Source of the DNA: the human T2T-CHM13v2.0 reference genome, Homo sapiens
DNA length: 64,000 nucleotides
Direction: 5' to 3' (one strand)
Assembly (NCBI RefSeq): GCF_009914755.1
Contig: NC_060929.1
Notes under the pieces: model-generated
Seen by the model: only the letters and a program-made list of their open reading frames with translations
The model's database searches: none
What the model was told of the DNA's origin: nothing
Shown here: positions 1 to 18,300 of the stretch, piece by piece
Numbering within the stretch: position 1 is the stretch's first letter
Layout of the letters: every line of letters begins with the position of its first letter
Program-made: the position numbers and the translations under genes

Positions 1-69
1 TTCTTTTTCCAACTCCCATGCATCTAGAATGATAAGATGGTAGGGCTGTTTTGCTTACTGCGACACAGG

Positions 70-400
70 CTTTTAGCTAATTTCCAAATTCAATTCCTCC
101 TCTTCTTGGGAACACAGCCTGACTACACTTCACATTGCAGTCATGTGTGCCCAGTGGAATAAGAATGGAAGTGATGTAGGCCATTTCTAGGTCTGGCCCA
201 TAAAACTTCCCCAAAAGGCCATTCTTTGTATTCCTTTTGCCTTCATCAGCTTAATGAAAATAAGCATGGTGACCTTAGAAATTACATGATAAAGATGATG
301 GAGCCATAAGACAGGGAAAGCCTGGGTCCCTGCATCAAAGCTTGTCAAAAAGTAGCCCACCTATCAGACACCTGCTGCTTAGGGCTCTGACTTTTACTTC
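70..400 (+). mobile_element. Old MaLR LTR (MLT1I/J-like)
   Basis: Motifs ggaagtgatgtaggccatttctaggtctggccc and gatggagccataaga...cctgggtccctg. Confidence 0.55.
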
Positions 401-1046
401 ATCATTCATTTTTGGCATATAACTTTTTTCTCAGAGCTCTGCTGTGATTTAAACTTTATGCTTTGTTCCAGCTGTATAGTTTATTGTAATTTCTATGTAA
501 TTATATTACGAAGATATCACATATTAGTTCCCCATGTTGCTGGAACCAGAACTATAATAATATGTACATTATTAGTGCCCTAATAAGTAGCAAAATCAAT
601 ATTTAAGAGGTAGTTTTGGATCTTGCAGTGCCTCTTGTCATCACTATAAGCTATCATATTTCATTGTACCTGTTAGAATTGGAATCTCTGGTTAGTTGTT
701 GGATGACTTCGGCTTCTTACTTATAAATATTGTGGATTGGCCTGATTATCCACCTTAAGGGAGGGCATTTCCACTTAGAGTACAACATATTCAAGTGATC
801 TATCTAACCTTCCCAAGTGAGACAAACCTCCAAAATTTTAATATTACTTGGTAATTTACAATAGTGGGAGAAATTGCACAAGAAAAAGTGTAGGCATTTA
901 GGAAAAAAGAGCAGTGTGGAAGTTGGTAAAGCAAGAGAGGAATTGTTCTACAGGAGGGTGTAGTATAGTGGCTAGGAGTCAGACATCCTGAATTTACCAT
1001 TTAGCTGTGTAACCTTGGGCAAGCTATTAGCTCTCTCTGAACATAA

Positions 1047-1638
<592 letters not shown>

Positions 1639-1789
1639 CAAGTTTCTTATCTATAAATAGAGAATGATATTAACTATCTCATAAATTGTAATTTGGAAAA
1701 GTGAGATAATACATGTAGATTACTTAACACAGAGCCTGAAACAAAGCAAGCACTGAATATATGCTATATATGACTATTTAAAATTACTC

Positions 1790-3120
1790 TAGAAGTGGAT
1801 GGGGAGGAAAAATGGCAAATGTGCTTGGTTGAAAGCTCCTAAAAAGGCAGCTTGCCAGCCCTCCTTGGAGCCCAAATCTGTTATCCAATCATCCAGTCCA
1901 CTGCCTTAGCTGACTTAGGACACTTCAAATCTGGCCTCCCACTCTGTAATTAAGGGCCATGAAAACCCACAAGGTCATAGTGGCAAAACTGGGCCAGCTC
2001 TTCCCTCTCCCAGGACCTCCTCACCACTTGTTGGCAACGATCACCATAGCTCACTGTCAACCAGTTGCCACCACTATGTTTTGAAAGACTCAAAACCCCC
2101 ATGATTCCATTTCCAGTGCCAGACTCAGGGCTCAAAAAGAAAACATGCTTCTGAATTTTTTGAATACTTTCCAGAAGCCCCTTTGGAAAGATCCAGGCTT
2201 TTGCTTTGAAAAATACCTTTGAACAGAGGCTGCTCTAGTGAAACTTGATCAATGGTATCTTAAAATGTATAGTAGATACTCAATAAATAAGAACTACTAC
2301 TATGAGTAATTTCTTTAGTCACTATACTATTTAAAGTAAGTCTTTATATTCATTTTTATAAAATTTCAAATATTCTGACAATACTAGTTTTGTGTTTTGC
2401 CCAAATTCCATGAGGTTTTAAATTTTTAATACTAAGGAGATTTATGAGTCACTGACTGGCAGGATCTGCAGCATTTAACATCTCTGGTGTTAGAAAAGGG
2501 ATCCATACAAGATAAAAATTGAAAAGGAAAAAGTGTTCAGTTTCAGAAGAAGCTACAGAAGTAGAGTAAACAGGGGAAACAATTTCTGATTATATCAAAA
2601 ACAATTTGGAGAAATAAGACATTAAGAATTTTATTTCTTATGTCTAAGTAGATATCCTTTTCAATATTTATCCTGTGGCTTTGCTTGGCCTCTGTTTTTC
2701 CACTGGGTGGTCTTGGCTTAGCAGAGGACACGATTTCCCATACAAGTTTCATTATTCTCATCTCTCGTGGGCAAGTCCACCATGCTAGAGAATGTAGAAA
2801 AGCAGAGTTGTAAACTGATCTCTGGATTGACAGAGGAACCTGACCCTCGTCTTCCCATTTTATTTTCCCATTAAGTCAATCACAAGTATAAACATTTGCC
2901 CACATTATTTGGAGCTGAAAGACAAGGGGGCAAGCCAGAGGAAAATGAGACATTGGCCTAAGGAAGATTTTTTTAAAATTTCCCTTTCTGGTCTCTAAGT
3001 TTTGAGTGTGAACTGCAGAAATAGATGGATTATTTTCACTCTAATCCCTGAAGGAAGGGCAGTGGATAGGGTGTGGCAGATACTGCATTGGTTAGTACTG
3101 GAAGGCCCTTTTCCAAAAAG
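1790..3120 (-). pseudogene. Fossil exon K, 3' part (downstream of the MER21 insertion)
   Basis: Frameshifted segments LEKGLPVLTNAVSATPYPLPFLQ / VHTQNLETRKGNFKKIFLRP...VPLSIQRSVYNSAFLHSLAWW (~165 codons with one internal TGA; includes ORF 2543..2761) / AADPASQ*LINLLSIKNLK / LESIQKIQKHVFFLSPESGTGNGIMGVL (ORF 1950..2135) / VGGQI*SVLSQLRQW follow GREB1 order. A candidate donor GTAATT lies near 1788; this end is uncertain. Confidence 0.65.
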
Positions 3121-3125
3121 GTATG

Positions 3126-4201
<1,076 letters not shown>

Positions 4202-4322
4202 GTAAGCTGAACTCCTGTCCAATGGTTCACACACAATTTTAGGGTTTGTTACCAGCCTCACATCAACCAACCTCTCAACTTGATAGTAAGTCAGCTGAGC
4301 TCAGAGTGACTTGCCCAAAGTT
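4202..4322 (-). pseudogene. Fossil exon K, 5' part (interrupted by MER21)
   Basis: Acceptor tttcctgtttttgtag; phase-2 start; reads TLGKSL*AQLTYYQVERLVDVRLVTNPKIVCEPLDRSSAY up to the LTR target-site duplication (TSD). Confidence 0.75.
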
Positions 4323-4463
4323 CTACAAAAACAGGAAATTCAGTTTTACTGATTAGCGATCTACCCTACTAAGAAATTATTGTCCTAAAACATGCCACAT
4401 TAACATCTTGATATGTCAAGATTAACATCATTATAAGTCTTAACATGACTTGATAGTATAGAA

Positions 4464-7101
4464 CAATTATGCATTGCTTAACAATGGGAATATGTTCTCA
4501 GAAATGCATTGTAGGGTGATTTTGTCATTGTGCAAACATCATAGAGTGTATTTATACAAACCTAGATGGTATAGCCTATTACACACCTAGGCTATATGGT
4601 ACAGCCTATTGCTCCTAGGCTGTAAACCTACACAGCATGTTGCTACACCGAATACTGTAGGCAACTGCAATACAATAGTAAGTGTATTAGTCTGTTTTCA
4701 TGCTGCTGATAAAGATATACCAGAGACTGGCCAATTTCCAAAAGAAAGGGGTTTAATTGGACTTACAGTTCCACATGGCTGGGGGAAGTCTCACAATCAT
4801 GGCAGAGGGTGAAAGGTACCTTTTACATGGTGGTGCCATGAGAGAATGAGAAGGAAGCAAAAGCAGAAGCCCCTGATAAACCCAACAGATCTCATGAGAC
4901 TTATTGACTATCACGAGAATAGCACGGGAAAGACCAGCCCCCATGATTCAACCACTTCCCTCTGGGTCCCTCCCACAACACACGGGAATTCTCGGACCCA
5001 CAATTCAAGTTGAGATTTGAATGGGGACACAGCCAAACCATATCATTCCACCCCTGACCCCTCCAAATCTCATGTCCTCACATTTTAAAACAGTCATACC
5101 TTCCCAACAGTCCCCCAAATTCTTAATTCATTTCAGTATTAACCCAAAAGTCCACAGTCCAAAGTCTCATCTTAGACAAGGCAAGTCCCTTCTCCCTAGG
5201 AGCCTGTAAAATCAAAAGCAAGCTAGTTTCTTCCTAGATACAATGGGGGTACAGATATTCAGTAAATACAGCCATTTCAAATGGGAGAAATTGGCCAAAA
5301 CAAAGAGGTTACAGGGCCCGTGGAAGTCCGAAATCCAGCAGGGCAGTCAAAATTTTAAAGTTCCAAAATGATCTCCTTTGACTCCATGTCTCACATCCAG
5401 GTCATGCTGATGCAAGAGGTGGGTTCTCATAGTCTTGGGCAGCTCTGCCTCTGTGGCTTCGCAGGGTACAGCCTCCCCCCAGCTGCTTTCACGGGCTAGC
5501 ATTGAGTGTCTGTGGCTTTTCCAGGTGCACGGTGCAAGCTGTCAGTGGATCTACCATTTTGGGGTCTGGAGGATTGTGGCCCGCTTCGCACAGCTCCACT
5601 AGGCAGTGCCCCAGTAGGGACTCCGTGTGGGGGCTCCTACCCCACATTTCCCTTCTGCATGGCTCTGGCAGAGGTTCTCCATGAGGGCCCCACCCCTGAA
5701 GCAAACTTTTTCCTGAGCATCCAGGCATTTCCATACAACTTCTGAAATGTAGGCGGAGGTTCCCAAACGTCAATTCTTGACTTCTGTGCACGTGCAGGCT
5801 CAATACCACGTGGAAGCTGCCAAGGCTTGGGGCTTCTACCCTCTGAAGCCGTAGCCCAAGCTGTATGTTGGCCCTTTCAGCCATAGCTGAAGCAGCTGGG
5901 ACACAAGGCACCAAGTCCCTGGCCCATGAAACCACATTTTCCTCCTGGGCCTCCAGGCCTGTGATGGGAAGGGCTGCTGTGAAGGTCTCTTACATGGCCT
6001 GGAGACATTTTCCCCACGGTCTTGAGGATTAACTTAGGTTCCTTGCTACTTATGCAAATTTCTGCAGCCAGCTTGAATTCCTTCCCCAGAAAATGGGTTT
6101 TACTTTTTTATCACATTGTCAGGCTGCAAATTTTCTGAACTTTTATGCTCTGCTTCTTTCATCAAACTGAATGCTGAACAGTACCCAAGTCACCTCTTGA
6201 ATGCTCTGCTGCTTAGAAATTTCTTCTACCAGATTCCCTAAATCATCTCTCTCAAGTTCAAAGTTCCACAAGTCTCTGTGGCAGGGGCAAAATGCCACCA
6301 GTCTCTTTACTAAAACATAGCAAGAGTCACCTTTGCTCCAGTTCTCAACAAGTTCCTCATCTCCATCTGAAACCACCTCTGCCTGGACCTTAATGTCCAT
6401 ACCAGTATCAGCATTATGGGCAAAGCCATTCAACAAGTCTCTAGGAGGTTCCAAACTTTCCCATATTTTCCTGTCTTCTGAGCCCTCCAAACTGTTCCAA
6501 CCTCTACCTGTTACCCAGTTCCAAAGTTGCCTCCACATTTTTGGGTATCTTTACAGCAATGCCCCACTCTACTGGTACCAACGTACTGCATTACTCCATT
6601 TTCACACTGATGATAAAGACATACCTAAGACTGGGCAATTTACAAAAGAAAGAGGTTTAATTGGACTTACAGTTCCACGTGGCTAGGGAAGGTCTCACAA
6701 TCATGGTGGAGGGAGAAAGGCACTTCTTACATGGTGGTGGCATGAAAGAATGAGAAGGAAGCAAAATCAGAAATCCCTGATAAACCCATCAGATCTCATG
6801 AGACTTGTTCACTATCATGAGAATAGCATGGGAAATACCAGCCCCCATGGTTCAACCACCTTCCCCGGGGTGCCTCCCACAACATGTGGGAATTCTGGGA
6901 GATACAATTCAAGTTGAGATTTGCATGGGGACACAGCCAAACCATATCAATAAGTATATATGTATCTAAACATAGAAAAGTAAATATAGCAGATTTATTG
7001 TAAATTTAAATACAGTAAAATTACATATTACAATGTTGTGGGACCACCACTGTATATGTCATCTGTTGTTGACCAAAATATCATTATACAGCATGTGACT
7101 G
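4464..7101 (+). mobile_element. Tigger3a (MER7A) split by THE1A (4464-4682 and 6950-7101)
   Basis: acaaacctagatggtatagcctattacacacctaggcta; terminal inverted repeat (TIR) end gcatgtgactg followed by TA. Confidence 0.85.
4683..6949 (-). mobile_element. Full-length THE1A (LTR 4683-5045, internal, LTR 6587-6949)
   Basis: Two LTRs with the cccctgataaaccca.cagatctc signature, THE1 internal sequence, TSD gtaag/ataag. Confidence 0.92.
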
Positions 7102-7213
7102 TATTCTCCACCTATCCACATTGCTATTTGTTGTGAAACTCAGACCTCCTCTCAGTTGAAGGTCCTAGGGATTAAGAAGTTCTTCCTGTTAGCAAGGCTC
7201 AGCTAGGACTAAC

Positions 7214-7501
7214 CTTTTCAGGTATGCTTCCAATCTGGTTATTGCTGCTGAAATGGAAACAAGGATAAGGAAATAAAACCCATCATGGATGGATGCAAAA
7301 GGCTTTCATCACATTCTTCATTCTAATGCTTTGAACAGAGATAAAGCAAGCAATGAGATCTCACACTAGGTTCCACCAACAATCCCCAACACCAGTGGCC
7401 TTGAACACTCTTTCAGTCAAGCTATCCAAGGGCCTTCCTCTCTTGTTGCATAAAGGGGCAGTTAAGAATAGCTTCACCAGAGATTTTGAAGTACATGTAT
7501 T
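7214..7501 (-). pseudogene. Fossil exon J (288 bp, phase 2-2)
   Basis: Acceptor gtgttttcag, donor AG|GTTAGT; IHVLQNLW*SYS*LPLYATREEGPWIA*LKECSRPLVLGIVGGT*CEISLLALSLFKALE*RM**KPFASIHDGFYFLILVSISAAITRLEAYLK. Strongest GREB1-like segment; 5 of 7 stops are TGA. Confidence 0.75.
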
Positions 7502-8409
7502 CTGAAAACACTTGGGCTTTCTTCTGTAGCATCCACCCTTGGACAAAGAGTGACTAATTAAGATAAATTTCTAGCTTACATAATGTCCCTTGCACAAGAA
7601 TATGTTTGCACTCTAGAGTGTTGACACTGGCAAATGGGGCCAGACTTTTGGCAGGTTTTTCAAAAAAACAATGCCAAACTGGCTAACTTCCTATATTTCT
7701 CTAGTCTTTTTTGGAAAATACCTAGAACACTTTCCAAGAAATTAGTTTAGGTCATTCAGAGTTTATTCTGGATAGTACTGTGTTTATTGTTGCATAAGAC
7801 TCTAAGTCAGCATCAACTCGCCTTCCAGACTCAAGCCAGTTAATGCTAGCATTAACACATGGACCTTTTTGCTCTGGGAATGAGGCAACTCAAGGTTCTA
7901 GGAGGAAACACAAATTATATTTCTGGGTGACTCGAATTGGCCATGACCTCACTACAAATACTGAGGCTTTGAAGGAACTCTGGTTGATAAGAGAACAATA
8001 CTATCTAAAAAATTTGAAAAGCTAAGAGTTTCTGTGTATCTTTTTTCCTGGCTGGTGGAAGTAAGCATGGTAGGAAGGGAAGAGGACAAAGCATGAAGCC
8101 AGTGACTGAGTTTGAACCTGGGCTTTCATATTCCCTAGCTAGTTACATCAGATAGTTTAGTGGGAGACAAAGTGTTCAATGGTCAAGTCTTCATATCAAA
8201 TTTCAATAAATCCAAGTTCAATTTAAATATCATTTCATCATAAAATATATTTCTAGTCCAATAATAATTTAATTATGACAATTTTATTAATTTTTTAATT
8301 GACAATTTAAAAAAATTTGACCTGCTGCAGGAACAATAATTTATCAGTACTGTCAGGTAGTAGATTTCTCCTATGATTACACTGTAAATTTGCAATACCA
8401 AATACTCAC

Positions 8410-8521
8410 TCATCTTCCAGTGCAGGTAGTTGAGGAACAACATATTTTTTGGACAATTCTGCTAGTCTCAGATACTGCTAATAATGGTGTTGGCACCCAG
8501 ACATTGAGTATTCCTTTCTTC
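8410..8521 (-). pseudogene. Fossil exon I (112 bp, phase 1-2)
   Basis: TAG acceptor, donor GA|GTGAGT; RKEYSMSGCQHHY*QYLRLAELSKKYVVPQLPALED. Confidence 0.72.
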
Positions 8522-9480
8522 CTAGTAGTAATTTAATAAGATAAAGACTTATCTTCTCTTATCATCTACTAAATGAATTTTATTGAAACTGCTACAAATG
8601 GAAGCTTTGTTTACTGCTTCAATAAGATGCTTTCTGAATATTTTTAGAAGCCAACTTAAAATTTTTCTATATAAAATTAACGTTTTTCACAGTAATCATG
8701 TTATTGCAGAATTTTACTAACTGCTAGAATTTCAATATGTAAAGCACATAAGTAGATTTTGACTTTATGCCTGGAATCTACCCTATATTTGAAAGTGAAT
8801 ATTCAGTAATTAGTGATACATTCAAATAGTAAGTCCTGTTTGTTTTATTTTCATTGTACTGATTAGATTTGATTTTATCTGGTGGTTGGTATTACCATTG
8901 ATCATAAACATGTCCAGAAATGCTAAAAGCCTTGAAGACTATCCAGCCTTCCAAAGGCTAGGGATGAAGTCCAACTCAAAGAACAGAGTTCGGTCAAATC
9001 TTTAGGCTGACTCTAAGCTATATAAGGGCAGGCAGTTTGCTTAACCTTTCTAATCTTTACTTTCTTTATCTGAGAAAGTGGTCACCACTTCTTTCCACCT
9101 TTTACTAAACTGCTGTAAAGATAAGAGACAATAAACTTACACACTCCTTCTGAATGGTAAATGTTTATATATACACAAATTACTGTTCTTAGTTATTTTA
9201 GAAATGTCGGCACATCTTCTATTACACAAGCATAGGGGGAGACACAGTGTGTCAGCATGACTGGTGTCTGCAGATACTTTGTTCCTCAAAATCTCCAGAT
9301 CAGGTAGCCCATCATTAAGCTGTATTTTGCAATAATCACTGTGTCCCTCTCATCCCCCAACACAACCCACTTCAGACTCTGACTGCCTCATGTCTGGCCT
9401 GTATAATTAACCTCATTAATGCACTGTCTGTCCCCAGGACCCTCTTGACCATTCTGTCCCAAACACCAGGATCAGATTCT

Positions 9481-9807
<327 letters not shown>

Positions 9808-10424
9808 TAAACTCCAGTGTTGGTCCCCGCCGCTTACTGGATAAAGTCTGAACTGTCTTTGAAGCCCTTCACAGTCTGGCTGCAGCCTACATTTAGAATC
9901 TTACTCTTCTCTTTCCCACTCCCTATGGTCCAATCAAATCACACTGCTTGTTTTCTTTCCATGTGACTTTTGGCTTTTGTGAGTTAGCATCTCAGATAGC
10001 ATCTCTTTTTATGCTATGCCTTTTACACAAAATACCCTTTTCTTACCCTCTTGATTATAGAAATCTTGCCTACCATTCCAGGTTCACTTCATATCCATAG
10101 TATGTAGTAGTTTATGATATAGGTACATATGTATATCAAATATGCATGTATGTGTATGTATGTGCATATTTAATTTCATTCAATTATATAAATAATACAG
10201 GCTCTTTAAAAAAATTAATACATAAAACTATAAAGAAGAAAATAAAAATTACTTGGAATTCCAACTTCAGATAACCACCACGAACAATTTTGTGACTCTC
10301 CTTTCTTGTATTTCTTTATGTATGAATACAAAAAGATATATATTTATCCTGTTATATAAGTGGTATAAAATCATACCTATCTTTTTAAATCACATCTAGT
10401 TTTATATAGAAATAAAACCTTGGG

Positions 10425-10523
10425 TTTTGTTTTGTTTATTGCAAACAAACAATAACTTTTTTTGTTTATTGCAATAACAAAAAACAATAACTTTGTTTTG
10501 TTTATTGCAAACAAACAATAAAC
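10425..10523. repeat. Three tandem ~30-35 bp self-complementary units (TTTGTTTATTGCAAACAAACAATAAC)
   Basis: Directly visible; GTTTATTG pairs with CAATAA(A)C. Confidence 0.85.
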
Positions 10524-11466
10524 TCCTTTCTCATGCTGTTCAAACACCATTCCCTCTGACAAACTCGCCACAAGTAAGCAATATTAACAAGTCGCTGCTT
10601 ATTTCCTCATACCTTTCTTTATGCACTTATAATCAGATGTACTCTATGTTACTAGTTCACTTTCAGAGTAGACTCATAATCTAAATATGAGACTCATAAA
10701 TATGGAAACTCCTCCAATTGCTTAATATAGAGTTAATCCATTAAAATTTTAAAAATCTATTTCTTTGTATATATGGCCACAAATGCAAATTTATAAAAAT
10801 GCATACTTGTCTCATAGTATTTTTTGCCATTTTTATTTTTATTTCTTTTTCTTTTTTTCTTCTGTCTCTGTCTACATCTCTGTCTCTGTCTACTGTCTCT
10901 CTGTCTCTGTCTCTATGGCATGGCATCCTCTTCCTCTAATATATTCCTTTTAATGGCTACATAATATTACATATTCACATACCACACTTTATTATTTCCC
11001 TGTTGATGGCTATCCATTTTGTTTCCAGTTTTTTGCACTGAAACAATACTACAGTAAGTGTGTGTGTATGTGTGTGTGTGTGTGGGTGTATGCTCTTGAT
11101 TTAATTTTTTGGATTACATTTTTAAGTCAAAAAGAATGTATAGTTCTATTTTTAATTGATATTAAATTGCTTTCCAAAAAGGCTGTAGTATTCATATTCC
11201 ATTAACAATGCATTTATGAGAATATATCTCAACTTTATAAATTAATCTGAGTCTTATCTGAGAGTTAATATGATCCTCTCATTGACCTGTTAATTTGCAT
11301 TTCCATGACTACTGGAAAAGAGGAAAGTCTCTTCATATGTAAAATGATCATTTAGATTTGCTCTTGTGTGAATTACCTATTCCTATCTTTTTGTATAAGT
11401 TGCCTATTCTTATCCTCACATTCAGGTTGGGGTATCTTTTTCCAATCAAAGCAATTTGTATACTTC

Positions 11467-12017
11467 TGTGGTAGACAGCCTTCTAAAATGGTTCTCTATG
11501 ATTCCACATCCTGATATTTGTGCTGTTGTATAACTCCCTCCTATGAGTGTGGGCTGGATGTAGTGGTTTGCTTCTGAAGATTAGTATATGGCAAAAGTGG
11601 TGGGATATCACTTCTGCAATTAGGTTACAAAAGACTATGACTTCCATTTTGTCAGTTTTCTCTCTGTGGCTCTTCTTTATGCTTGTGTGATGGAGAGGGC
11701 CACTTGGTGAGGAACTGAGATGACCCCTATCCAATAACCTGTAAGAAACTTAGGCCCTTATCCCAACAATCCTCGAGGAAATGAATCCTTTGAACATCCA
11801 CATGAGCTTGGAAGCAGATCCTTCCTCAGTCAAGCCATTAGATGAGACTATAGCCTGGTTGGCATCTTGATTGCGGCATTATGAAAGATTCTGAAGCAGA
11901 AAACTCAATAATGTGGCCTGGATTTCTGACCCACAAAAACTTTGAGATAAAAATGTATGTGGTTTTAAGCTGCTAACTTTGAGGTTATTTATTTTATAGC
12001 ATTAGATAATCAATAAA
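11467..12017 (+). mobile_element. MLT1F-like LTR
   Basis: tgtggtagacagcc...tgagtgtgggctgg...attaggttacaaaagact...tttaagctgctaactttg. Confidence 0.8.
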
Positions 12018-12102
12018 ATTGCATGTGTTAGATTTTTATCTGGAAAATACATTGCAGATATTTTCCCTGATCTTTCATTTGTTCAGCTTTGTTTATGACA
12101 CC

Positions 12103-14678
<2,576 letters not shown>

Positions 14679-14958
14679 ACATCTTTTCCCATACAGAATT
14701 TAAAACTTTTACATAATCAAATATGTCTATTTTTTCTTTCACGGCTTTTAGATTTAATAGAGTATAAGTGTGTCTCCAGCACCTATGTAATATCTAAAAT
14801 CTCTTAAATGTTTTGCTAATATTCTTAGTACTTTATTTTTTTTAACTTAATATTATTTTTGACTTAATATTATTGGGGAAAATACATGAGAGTGATTCTC
14901 AGATCTTCTTTTTCTATATCTCCATTTTTCAAATTAGAAGTAACATTGATTTCTTTTT

Positions 14959-15022
14959 AATACACTTTTGAAGTACATTATCTACTGACCATTGAATACA
15001 CTTTTGAAGTACATTATCTACT
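14959..15022. repeat. Perfect 28-bp direct repeat with 8-bp spacer
   Basis: aatacacttttgaagtacattatctact at 14959-14986 and 14995-15022. Confidence 0.9.
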
Positions 15023-15343
15023 CAGGGTACAATCCAATTTTGTTAAGCATTCCATATTATCAGATTATAAAACATTTTTCTTCTAGAAAAAAATAAGGAT
15101 AACTGAAGTAATTCCAGAGCAAAGCAGTGATAAAGAAATTAAAATGATTGTAAGACTCCAGAAAGGAACGCTTAGATTCTTATTTATTTCACAAATATTT
15201 ATTGGAGGCATTCTGTCTGCCAAGGACCATACTAGGTTCTGAAGTGTAAAAGGGTAAAGAAGACAGATACCTTCATGGGATCTTTGTACAGGCACTAAAC
15301 CAGGTATTGCAAGTGTGGTGAATAATACAGGGGGATAGGAAAC

Positions 15344-18300
15344 TGTTGCAGGACTTTTCTTTAGTTCAGCTAAAGACAGGGTTCTTCTCTGTCCCACGGC
15401 CATGAAAATTTGGGCTGTCAGATGGCTTAAAGGGTGAGTAAAGTAGGGTTTTATTGGGTGAAAAGGGAAAAACCTGAGGAACAGGGACTCTTGCAAGGCC
15501 AGAGTCCCTCTGTTAGAGTGCTTCCCTCCTGGCAGTTTGAATCCCAGGTTCCACACAGGAAGGCGAGGGACCAGGTTCCTCCCTGCTGCAAACATTATGA
15601 ACTTCCTGAGGCTCCACCTCAGTGGGCAGGCTGTTTGGAGTTTCTCCAGGGACTCCCTCCCACCTGGCTGTCTCATTCTCCCCTCTAAAGAAGTACATCT
15701 AACTGCCATTGGATTAAGGATAAGGACAAAGACCGATCTTAAATCCTTCCTGCTGACAGGGGGTGTTGTTTTGGGGAAACAGCAGTCAGAGCTCTCTCAG
15801 AGGCTGATATAAGGGTCCCCAGCAAAAGGGGCCATTGTCAGAGGTTCCAGTTGCATGACTGTTTGGAGTTTGGTGGCCTGAAGGCAAGAACCGACAAACC
15901 AGGTTATTAGAAAACATGTATCAAAACAAAACAAGGGGAGGGGTAAAGACAGCTCAAAAATTCTGAGGCCTTTTACCAGTTTGCTCAGGGAGAGGAAGGC
16001 CAAAAGCCCAACTGGCAAAAAAAACTTTACCCTTTTGCTGCATATCAGGTGTCTGGGTTCACTTCCTGTGGGCCCCAGCCCTAAGCCAACCAGTTTAAGG
16101 TTTGGGGAATTAACTCTTTCCAATTTGGAGGGTGCATCTGAGGGGAGTGTCTTGTAATATGGAGACATGATTACCTATTGGCGAAGAGACAACAAAAGAA
16201 GAGAAAGGAATAAAAAGAAGGTGTATTTTTCAAAGAAGTCCCAGGGGTTCAGGATGCATTCTAAAGGGGAACAGACTGAAGATGAATGGCTACCCATCTA
16301 GAAAGAAGGGAGCAGGCATCCTTGGTTCCCTTCTCTTCCTAGCAGATACCCAGGGTACATGAGGGAAAGAAGGAAGAGCATCCTCTTTCCCTCTTCCATC
16401 CTTGCATCCCCGAGTCCTGGTGACCTTGTCAGGTCCCACCATGAGTGCCAAAGCAGCTTGTACCCATGAAGCAGGGGGGCCTAGGGGGTAGGAATCATCT
16501 GCTCTTACCCACATATGCCCTATCTCCCCTGCTGTCAGTGGTCTTGGATTCCCTAGGCCTCATTTATGCCATGGATACTAACATGGCCTTTATCCATTAA
16601 ATAGGAAGCTTGGGGTTGGCTTAATTGACAGGAATCAGCCATGCTCACCTGCACTGTGCTTTTTAACCTCTGTTGTCATTTGCCTCTGGATCCCTTAGAT
16701 CCAGTTTTCTTTCCTAGGGCTTTGACCTGAAGCTTGGAATTGAGTCTGGGACAAAAATGTGTCTGGGGGAGTTGGGGAATAGTGGGGAGGTGTTTGTATG
16801 GACTCCTTATCATAAACCAAATGCTAAGGTGAAACTGTGGAACTGAGTCCTCCAACAAGGGGGAGGAAAGGATGTCTTGTGACACATCCAGATAACTGGT
16901 GGCTATAGTTATGCTTGCTAGGATTTGGGTGCATGGTGCTTAGCTTTGGTTAGTTCCCTTGGTCTTCCTTTCCCAAAAAGGAAACCTTCGCATGATGTGC
17001 ATCACCTGGCAGTATTTGCAGGATAATTGCTCAGAACTAGAATATTGATCCGAATTTCTATATTACCCACCCCTTTTGTTCTTTCTGAGCTGCAGCCAGG
17101 GATTGCTAGTTGATTCACAGGAGCAAACCTAAAATGTAGGCAAAGACTTAAAAACAACTAGTGAGTTTAGAATTTAATGACAAATGTATGATAAGTTTTC
17201 AAATATGATTTCTCTCTCTCCAGTCCTCATATTTATTAAAAAACAAATCATCATAGGAACTGAGTGGTTTGCAAAACAGACTTTAGCTTTATACTTGGCC
17301 TGATTATTTGCATAAAGTGCAGCAAGAATAATTATTTCTACATAGGCCTTTTGGATTGGCTTTGATGGAATTCTGTTCCACAAGGAATCTCAGATAAGAC
17401 CTTTTAAAGCCAAGCCCAACCATGGGTTTGTATCCTCAAATACCTGTGAGTTGGGTGATCCTCTCCTCTTAAGGTCCCAAGATAAACTTGAAGCTCCTAG
17501 AGCTGTTAGTGACATTCTTTACTGACCACAGGTCAGTAACCCTGTACAGGGACTGTGTAGGTGATAGTATGAGGCTAGTTTCCCCACTAGGCTTTTATTG
17601 ACTCTGCAAATCTAGATTGACTCCTGAAAGGGAAGCATACCCTTCCAGTCAAAGCCTTGGTAAAATTACCAGTTTTTCCAACTGTGTCCTGTTGCAAAAG
17701 AAAAATGGAGTCTTACTGCACTGATGCAAACAACTATATTGCCATAAGAATACTCACAGTTTCCAAATTCTAGAGAAACCAGGCAGAGAGAAACAAACAT
17801 GCTCCAAATCTTGATCACAGGAGTGTATACCTTACTTAATTATTAAAGGCCATAAATAGCTCAAAATAAGTTTCCTTGGCTCTGAAAAACTAAAAAAGGA
17901 TCACCAATATTCCAAGCAAAAGTAAAAAGGTTTCTTCAGCTTTCTGAGTTCAGTCCATTTAGTTAACTCTGGTTTTGCTCGATATTCGTGAACATTTCAG
18001 CTCTTCATGAGTCTTGTACATTTTCCTTTATTCCAATGTTACAATCTGCAAAGTTATCAGAAACCTGATTGTCTCAAATAAAATCAGAAATTGTATCTGA
18101 AAGCACTTATCAGAGTCTTATACCCTATTATAAACCATCTTTTGAAAAGAATTAAAACAAGACAACAATTGTCTGTGAATAGCAAAATGTCCAGGGTAGT
18201 TAAAATTAGAAACACAATTGACAAAGAAGCTTGGTTATCCCTGTGGTTTACAATAACTTAACATAAAAACCTTAATTGTGATTGATAGCATATACTCAGA

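Noticed and set aside
5021-6686. ORFs of 60-148 aa (also at 12708-14611)
   Set aside because: Fragments within THE1 internal/LTR sequence, not host genes.
7214-7400. RPLVLGIVGGT*CEIS...IHDGFY read as a P-loop kinase or NACHT (NWD/TEP1-like) motif
   Set aside because: There is no GK[ST]. The GREB1 alignment explains this and many more collinear motifs.
8410-8521. Resemblance of KEYSMS...VP..LED to urate oxidase
   Set aside because: Isolated match; neighbouring exons are not uricase-like.
15083-15709. Longest ORF in the track (208 aa)
   Set aside because: It runs through the MER61 LTR into L2 and is a chance frame.
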